Positions 54,812-64,000 of a stretch of DNA of 64,000 nt are shown one piece after another (position 1 is the first letter of the stretch; each line of letters opens with the position of its first letter). This DNA comes from Octopus vulgaris (lineage: Eukaryota). Where the stretch lies: assembly GCA_951406725.2 (NCBI GenBank), contig OX597815.1, positions 31,372,001 to 31,436,000 on the forward strand. Reading direction: 5' to 3'. Position numbers and translations under genes: made by a program. The notes under the pieces were generated by a model. That model saw nothing but the letters and a program-made list of their open reading frames with translations, made no database searches and had not been told where the DNA came from.

Positions 54812-55983
54812 CTTGCACCATAGCACACAAACACGCAATCGTTATCGTTGATCGTCTGTTTCCTGATTCTATCTCTTCACCTTGCTTCCTCTTCATCAAT
54901 CGCTTTTGCTCTCTCCTCAGATATAATCTGTCAATCTCTTAATGTACTTGCTTCAGTATATTTGTTCATCTCCTAAAATCTTCTTGTCTCTCCATTTCGT
55001 ACATATACACACACACCTGTCTAATTGGTAATATCTCTTTTTCTACCATTTCTGTTTCACTCTATACGTGTATGTATGTGAGAGCGTGTATGTGTGTTAT
55101 ATTCACATATATACATTTATATGTTTGTGAGAGCATTCAGTCACTTTCTCTGGTGCTTCATGTACTTTCAACCTTTTCATGTGTCTCAGAAAACGTCTAG
55201 TCTACAAAACAACTAACTGTACCACAGCACTGTCTAATCTGTGAAGATGCCCTAGATAACTAAATGCAGGTTGAATAATAAATACCTACACAATCTACCT
55301 GCTGTGTTCTATCGCACTCTTTTCCTCTCTTTCTCCCTCTCTCTCTCTCTCTCTCTCTCACTCACGCTTTCTCCCTCTCAGACTGACTTATTGATCGTTA
55401 ACGTCCAAATGTCCTGCGCTATTTACTTGCTGATCTTTAAGTCGTGGGTTCAAATCCCTACTATATTAATTTTGACTTTTATCCTTCCGGAGTTGGAAAA
55501 ATTTCATCAGAAGCGTACTAGGATTAATTTTTATGGACTATACCTTTCTCCATGAAATTATTTATGCCATCCATTCTGTGTTTGAGATGATTATCATCGT
55601 TGCACTCGTAAGAGATTTTTTTAGCTCCCAGGCTAGATCTGATCAATCAAGGGCTTTCCAACCGTCATTTATTTTCAGACTTAGTGTATCTAAGACTATC
55701 TCATACAATGTGTTCTACCAGTTTTTTGTTGTTTTTATTTTTAACTGAAAGACATGGTTTTAAGTTAAGGAAAGTTTGTCTGCTATTTCTAGCAGGTTAA
55801 GTGACTGCACAGAGGCTTCTTTTTTTGGTTTCCTACTCCATCTTGGGAATGTAGCGAATAGGTAAGATTTTCTTTCTTATTTAATTCATCGCCTTTCTCA
55901 CAGTCTTTTCATCCTTATCGACCCAGAAGAATGGAAATCAATATGAAACTCGTTATCATTTGAACTCAGAATGTAAAAGAGAC

Positions 55984-56188
55984 GGCGAGCTGGCAGAAAC
56001 GTTAGCAAGCTGGGCGAAATACTTAGCGGTATTGTCTTTTCGTTCTGAGTTCAAATTCCGCCGAGGTCGACTTTGCTTTTCATCCTTTCGAGTTCGATAA
56101 ATTAAGTACCAGTTGCGTACTGGGGTCGATCTAATCGACTGGCCCCCTCCCTAAAAATTTCGAGCCTTATGCCGAGAGTAGAAAAAGA
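55984..56188 (+). mobile_element. SINE family A, short-tail variant, flanked by a ~128-bp direct duplication
   Basis: Full SINE between two copies of AATAGGTAAGA...TTATCGACCCAGAAGAATGGAAATC...AAAGAGACG. Confidence 0.9.
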
Positions 56189-57000
56189 ATAGGTAAGAGC
56201 TTTCATTCTAATCTAATTCGTCTCCTTTCTCACACACTTTTCATTCTTATCGACCCAGAAGAATGGAAATCGATACGAAACTCGTTATCATTTGAACTCA
56301 GAATGTGAAAGAGACGTGATTATATTTAGCAAGGCATTTTGTCTGGCGCTCTACCGACTCCACCATGCACCAGCGTCTTTTCTTTATTATTAATAACCAC
56401 AAAAATAATGTAAAGGCAAAGGAAAACTAATCATGGCAGTGGATACACACACCAGGAAGTGAAGAAGACTAAATGTTATAGCAGACATAACAGAGAAGAA
56501 TCTGTTTACACGTACCTCTATATATGTGTATATGTGTGAGTTTTGTAAAACGGATGTCTTACTGTACCAATGTAGTGATAATGAATATATTATAGACCGT
56601 ATATCCTCAAGGGTGTGTATATTATACATCTACATTTTGTCATCTGGCTTTATTATCAAATCTATCTTTTTCAGCTATCTTATCTGTTACCAAAAAAACA
56701 CTATACTTTGTTAACCAGAGCTGCCTGCTAATGTAAATTTGGTGTTTCTTATTTCAAACCCCGCTTAACGCAATCGTAAACAAACTAAATTCAGTTCAAT
56801 TCTTAATTGATTCGATCGCTTTACCCTTACAAAGGAAATTTCTGTGTGATTCGCCCGACCTGCTAAAAATAAAAGTCAAATATCATATGACAACCTGTCT
56901 TCTCAAAAAAAAAGCAGAAGAAAAAGTCACAGACAAAATCTTCAAAATTCAGTTGTGTGGATGAATTGGTATCTGTACATACATCTCTCTCTCTTGACTG

Positions 57001-57042
<42 letters not shown>

Positions 57043-57853
57043 GACTGATTTCTTTCAGTTTTCGTCTTCCATATCCACTCAGCTCGAGGTTATAGTGGAA
57101 GAGACTTGTCCAAGTTTCCACGCAGTTGAATTAAAACATAGAACCATATTGTTGTGAAGCAAGCTTCTTACTACGCAGCCAAACATTATCATAGACTTCT
57201 ATATTTCACTAGAGTTAATCAAACACCATTAGCCTTACTCGGGGAAACCTCGAAGTCATATTGAGCACTTTCTTCAACTATTGCCTGCCTTTCTTAGTCA
57301 TTAAAGAAAAAGTTTATCAATACTGTACGTGTGCGTTGCATACACATATCTTATTAATTGTGAAGATACAATAAAATTTTGATATTTTCCTCTAAGGCAC
57401 AAATGAAAAGAAAGAAGAGGAGTCCTCCTCCTCCCCTTTTGCTTTTTTCTCCTTCACTTTTGCCAGACTAACTCTGAGTGGGCAGAATTATTATGAAAGG
57501 TATTCCAGCCAATGCTATTTTTGTTAACGATAGACATAGGATTATGTAAAATGTTTTCTTTTCTTTCAAAATGTGATTTGAGGAAGGTTTAGCTGGTAAC
57601 TTCTGGAATATCGAGCAACAACATTGAGGCTACCTCTGCACATGTGTAAAGTAAACAGGGCCTTAAACTTAGATATGACCACGATTAATTGACATGAACT
57701 ACAGTGTATGCGAGTTATCAACTATGCATATATCTATATATATGTGTGTATGTGTGTAATGTATGTATGTACATATATAATTCTTACCAATTCTATGCAT
57801 AACATTTATAAATACATACATACATACATATATATATATATATACACATACAT

Positions 57854-57922
<69 letters not shown>

Positions 57923-59209
57923 TAGATAGATAGATAGATAGATATATAAAGCACATATGTACTTATTTTTATGAGAGTCGAACTGATCCTATGGACATGT
58001 CGCTTTTCGCTTGGTTGCTGTGTCTAGCAGCTCTCGTATATGACCTTTCATTTGACATTTCGGTCACAGCTTATACGAGAGGGAAAAAGAGAAAGAAAGA
58101 GAGAGAGAGAGAATAAAGAAGGTAAGGAAGGAAAATAGAAAAAAAAGGACGATAGAAACATCGTGTGAGAGTATATAGCTGCAATCACCTTCATTGGGAA
58201 CAGGGAGTGATGGCTACTTCTGCTTGACAGCAGCCATTAAATATTGAGTGCAGGACCATTCTGGAGACAAATAACATTGTTCAATTGTCGGCAGGTTGTT
58301 TTTTTTTTTTTTCTTGTTTTCTGTAACATGTTTTTATTTTTCCAGAATATTCCAACAAACAAGAGCCCCCTTAAGCTGTTCGTTTTATTTTGTTCAAATT
58401 TAAATTCTTTCTAGAAGACGCCAAGGACATTCTTAGCTGTGTTTTAACTGATTCTCTTCTTTCATTAATATTTTTTATCTATTATTTTCTTTCTACACTA
58501 CTACAACTATCTTTCAGTTGTTTGTTTGGGTTTTTTTCTCCTTCTTCTTCTTCTTCTTTTAGCCACAACATTCATCTTCTCTTTTGTTTTATTCTATTTG
58601 TTCTTGGTTTACAATCATTCGAACCATTTCTGCAGGACTCTATCGCTTTCAAAGATGTTTTATTTGTCTAAATTATTGCGTAAATGACCGAAAGTTGATC
58701 GGCGACTTTTGACTTCTTCGCTATTCTTCTTGCCAGCTGTAAGAAGAAAAAAATAGGGAGTCAAGTGAGAAAACAATATTCTTGTATTCTACAGTTTACT
58801 GACAACAATGTGTCAGACCTCACCTAAACCTTCTGTCCAATACACAAAACATTAAACTGTTTTCTTATTGCCCACTTCTTCTGTTTCTGTTTGTTATCGC
58901 TGTCGACGTTGTTGTTTGGTGTTTGTTGTTTGTTTCATGCTTGTTTCCTGTGGTTTTATTTATAGATGTCATTTATTATATGAAATGACCAACTCACCTT
59001 CTCTTCTTTCTTCTCCTTCTTCTCACTCTAACGCTGTTTGTGGAAAGCACCGTGTCAAAGCAACGTTGACAACATAAATGTTAGTTTCAAATTTCAAGTA
59101 AATAGGTTCGATTCGAAGCTGTCGCCAATGGCATCAGAGAAAACTGACACTAGCCAGACAATGACGCCGACGACAACAACAACGATAGTGATGTTGACAA
59201 CAGAAACAA

Positions 59210-59398
59210 CAACAAAGGTTTCAAAATTTAGCACAAGGCCAGCAATTTCGGGGGAGTGGGTAAGTTGATTACATCGACACCGAAAGGATGAAAGGCAAAG
59301 TCGACCCCGGCGGCATTTGAACTCAGAACGTAAAAGCAGGCGAACTGCCGCTGAGTATTTTTCCTGGCTTGCTAATGATTCTGCCAACTCGCTGCCTT
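59210..59398 (-). mobile_element. SINE family A, short-tail variant
   Basis: CGAAAGGATGAAAGGCAAAGTCGACC...TTTGAACTCAGAACG...GATTCTGCCAACTCGCTGCC. Confidence 0.87.
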
Positions 59399-59694
59399 AA
59401 TAATAATCATTTCTTAAAACTAATAATAAGAACAACAAAAGAATGAGAATAATATGATTTGTCGCATTAACATAGGCGCATGCATAGCATTATGCGGGCG
59501 ATAATATGATCTCAGTATATAACTTGTATACATTTTATCAAAACCTAAAAAATCTCAACTTTAAAGCTTAAGGAACAAAACTAAATCCTGCAATCTATTC
59601 TTTCTGCCAACTCATCTTTCTTTTCTTCCACCAATAACAATCCAGTTGATTTGTATGAAGTTTGCCAGCGGAAGATCAAATGCAATTATGTAAA

Positions 59695-60480
59695 ATATAA
59701 TTCTGTAAGTATTAGAGATACAATACAGTTTTGAAAGAGTTCGTATCGCGGTATACTGTTGTGTGTGTAGGGTAGAGTACATTGTTGTAAGTGTTAGGAA
59801 ACAGCATAACTATGCAAATATTTGACATGATACAGTCGATACAGTACATGGAATAAACCACATCAACAATAACAGTACTAACAACAACAAAAAGAGAAGT
59901 ATTAGGATAAATTACTAATTTGTGAGTTTGGGACAAAATACTATTTTGTAAGGTTAAGAAAGAAAACAGTTTTGAAAAGGTTACGGACACGATGCAATTT
60001 TGCAAGTGTAAGGAATAAAATGCGATTCTGTAAGTGTCAGAATTTTGTAACAATATGTGTGTAAGTTTTAGAAGCAGAAAGGTAATTTTGTAAGTGCTTG
60101 GGACATACAATTTTGCAAGCGTTAAGAGGACAATGTGCTTTTCTAAGTGAAGGAAAAATACAATTGGATGAGCATAAGAGATAAAATTTAATTTTGTGTT
60201 TTAGGGACTCAACATACAATTTTGTAAGGTAAGTATTTGTAAATGTTAGGAAACAATGCATTTTTGTCCGTGTAGGACACAATATCTTTTAAGATTTGTA
60301 GGACGCAATACAATGTTAGGAATACAATACGATTTTGTCAGTGTTAGGGACTTGATAGAATAAATGATTGTAGGACACGTTACAATTTTGTAAAGGAACT
60401 AGATAATTTAATTTTTGTTACAGTAAGGCTTCAATGCAATTCTGTAAATGTAAAGATGCAATTACATTTCTGTAACAGAT
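59695..60480. repeat. Degenerate minisatellite, ~25-30-bp unit like ATACAATTTTGTAAGTGTTAGGACAC
   Basis: Recurrent ATTTTGTAAG/TGTTAGGA motifs at roughly regular spacing. Confidence 0.7.
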
Positions 60481-63400
60481 ATGGCACAGCAACTTTGTGA
60501 CTAAGAAGCTTTAAGAAATTTAATGAAGTTCATTTCCGAAACTGAAATGTATTTGTTTTTGTTTATCTTGAAATAGTTGTTTGTCTCGTAACCATTGAAT
60601 TACTTATTCTGTATTCAGTTTTTTCTAAAACAATATTTTGCTTCCTCCGGAGACTGAACACACTTCAACTTTATCAATAACATCTATTCAATTCTTAAAA
60701 TAGAATCCAACAATGAGAGAAACGGTAACTGAAGTCCCACTAGTGTTTCTATATTTTTTTATGTAGTCAGATTAACAACAATACTACAAACAATTCGTTC
60801 TCTGTAGGCATCTTTCATATCTGTTCTTTGTAAGAGTAATTCGGTTTTGTCCTATCTTCGGCATAAATATTTATTTAACCTTTTAATTTTCCTGTCACTC
60901 CACAGTCAAATTCGAAAGGATAGAATCTATCACTCTTTTCAGTACCTCCGTGACTAGTAATGGAAGTTATACTCAGATCGCACACCTGGCTGGAATGCTT
61001 ACAACAGAGTTGACTCTGTTAAAGGCATCCATTGCCCAGGCGATGGTGTTAAGCCTTGTGATGAATTGCGTTTCCATCTACCAAATTTCTCTCCTTTGGT
61101 CGACCCAAAGCTCTGGTACAAGACGTGTTCAAGTTGTTGTGCAGTAGAATCGAAACTGAAATCACAGAGTTGCATCTGAAGTGAACTGCTTAATCATATT
61201 ATGTGTCGTATATATGTGTCTACTGTTGACAAGTGTTGCTAGAAAAATCAGCCGAACTTCCCTCAAATTATACGCAACCCTCTACGAGAACAGCACATTG
61301 AATTGTGTACTCCTAAATATGCAATGACCAAGAGAATGACGATGTCAGCTGTAATGTTTTGGGATGCTGCCCTGTCTTCTGGTGCACAGTTTCGTGCCCT
61401 CTTCTGTCCCAGTTCACGGGTCGTGCACCTGCAAGCATAAAATTTACTTGGGACTGACAGAGACCAAGATAGATGTTAGTGAGAAGTCGTTCGCTTTGGC
61501 CTCTTTAACTTCTCACGACCAAATCAAAACTCAATAAAAATGACAAAGATTTTTATCCACATTCTTACGGGAATCGGTTTGTTTTTCGTCGTTTGTCGAA
61601 CAACAAATACCGACAATGTGAGGATCTGTTATACACGTATACTTCAGAACATTAGTCTCTTCTGAGTAAAAAGCAAAAATTAGTATTACTTAACAGAATT
61701 CAAAAGCAGTCGGTTAGTGGTCAGATAAAAAACTGTTCACTCAGTATCTGTTTACATTCTTTAATTTTAATCCCAGTGATGTCGGCACTGCCTTTTATTC
61801 TTCCAGTGCGATCGATAAAATAAATGTTATATTCTGAAGTCTACATAATTAAAATATCACTACTTTAAAATATGTAATCTTGTACTAAAGTTTTCGGAAA
61901 TGTAGTTAACTGGCCGTAGCTGATACTCTGAAATCTCACCTCATTTTTCTTAAACAACAACCCTCATCTCGTGAGTTAATATTTGGCGCCATCGATCTGG
62001 ATTGAAAACTCTTATAATCAAAGGAGCTTCGTTTGTAAGTAACTTGTCCTTTCTCAAGCATTGTATATCGACAATATGCTCTTTTTTTTAAAGACAGAAA
62101 GAGATTTTGCTGTTGTTTTTAACTGACAGATGGACCGACCACGTAGAGGTCACTCGATCGGTTCGTTCACGAAGTGCTTTACCACTTTCTGGTTTATTTT
62201 AATAAAAGATCTTATATTTCTCACATAAAAGGAATGTTAAGTTGGGACGTTGATGCATTTCTATCTTGGACTGGCAGCCTAAATGAAATGAACTTGTCGG
62301 AGATTGTCCATATGTTTAGAGTAACATTACACATTACAGTGTTCTTTCAAGATGGAAATGGGAACATTCTGAAATTTTTGAGAGAAAAATTGTTATAAGA
62401 GGAAGTTATAGTTGTTTTAGGATAGGGAAAAACATCGCTAATAATCAAAGCAAAAGAGTTAGTTTTCTATTGTTATTACAAGCCACCAGGACAAACTTAG
62501 CTAAGATATGGTCCAGCTATGAAAACATGCTCACACTGGAACTCTTATTTGAATAACTCTTGGCAGCTGCTAAATTTGTCAATCCTTGCTAAAAAGGAAT
62601 TTGTAGGAGTTTCTTTCGTTGCTGTTAGTGTCTGTTACCGTTCTACATTCCCGACCGCCGAAACCAGTTGCAAAACAATGTTTTTTTTTTTTAAGTAATG
62701 CTTTAACCTAACTAATCAACGAATATGTCGTTTTGTTATGTGTGTGAACATATATATACATATATATATAAATTAGGTGGGTGTGTGCTTGTGTAAAAGC
62801 GGATTGTAATGTGTCATATGGTTGACTTAATCGGAAACATAGAGGAGGGAAAAAAGCGGAAACTCAAACATGAAAGGAAACAGGAATTGATGTTCTTGGA
62901 GGTTTTACATACGGGTTTTGGTTTTTTGGTTAGTTGTTGTTGTTATAGCATTACATGATAATGACGGCGGCGGTGATCATGATTTTGTTTTGTTACTTTT
63001 CTGTTTTTGTTCTTGTTTTTTTTTTTTTGGTTATTTCTTTTTAAATGCTTTATTAAGCTTCAACATAGAATAGGATATTGTTTGAAGTGGGACGTATGGA
63101 AATGATGGCAAGAAGGTATGGATATTGTGAATGGGTTTTGTAAAGTGGAAGGGAGACAAGTGGGGTGGATATATTGGTTGTTCTGGGTGATGGCGGTGGT
63201 GCTGGTGGAGTTGTTGTTGTTATTGATGGTGGGGTGGTAGTGAATGGTTCTTTTGTGGCAGGAAGTGTATCACTGTAGTGGCAACTTAGTAGTAACTTCC
63301 AGAAGAATGCCGAGAAGTTTGCATGCGGGAAGAAAAAACAATAATAATAATGTATCTCCTTCAAGAGGTCTTGCCTATACAAAGAATTTTTTTTCCACTT

Positions 63401-64000
63401 TTTCCCAGTTTTTATATCTTAAAAAATTATTATCATTATTATTATTATTCAATAAGAGATACTTGAGGAATCGTTTCAAACGGAACAAAAAGAAAAGAAA
63501 AGAAAACTATAAAAGAAATCTTTGTAAAGTAGGAGGGAAGTACAAAATCAATTGGGTTTCCTTTTATTTCATATTTCTTTTTGATTATTTATATTTTTGT
63601 TTCTGGTTTTTAATTTCATCTTTTCGATCGAGTTTGTTTTAATTTTTTTTATATAATCTCTTTTTGTTTCTGTAATTGTTTTGATATTTTAATTTTATTT
63701 CTACATCATTTTAAATTATTTTAAATTATTTTAATCTATTTATTTAACTCGCTGCAAGTTGTAATTTTACTTGAAATTAAAATGAAATTAAAGAAAAAAA
63801 CTAATAAAATTATTAAAAGATAGCGCAACTACTATAACAACTAACTTTGGTTGGGTGGAGTCATTAAAAGAAAAAATAACACCAATAACAAATTTTAAAA
63901 AAAAACTTTTAAAACAAACATATTTCGGATGAATTGGCGGTTTTTCTTTTATAAAAAGGCTTTAGGTTTTTTTTAAGCTGGTCAATGGGGCTATCATTTA

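Noticed and set aside
63053-63642. Pro/Thr-rich 109-aa and Lys-rich 132-aa ORFs
   Set aside because: Compositionally biased low-complexity DNA with no domain or splice support.

Overview
Eukaryotic, AT-rich, microsatellite-dense genomic DNA; the SINE families and the 5S sequence suggest a mollusc, most likely an octopus (inference). One convincing protein-coding segment is present: a ~5.3-kb uninterrupted coding exon (2973/3282-8253, + strand) of a FRAS1-related extracellular matrix gene (FREM2/ECM3-like; signal peptide, NV domain, tandem CSPG repeats) ending at a CAAG|GTAAGA donor. I could not recognise the expected downstream Calx-beta exons, so the remaining ~55 kb is probably intron. It holds three tRNA-derived SINE families, a 5S-rRNA-headed SINE-like chimera, a Tx1/L1-type LINE 3' end whose tail is shared with one SINE family, mariner, hAT and pogo MITEs, two degenerate hammerhead-ribozyme motifs, miRNA-like hairpins and several candidate exons of a nested antisense gene. 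Almost all short ORFs in the track are microsatellite artefacts. All alignments and folds were done by eye, and repeat boundaries are approximate.
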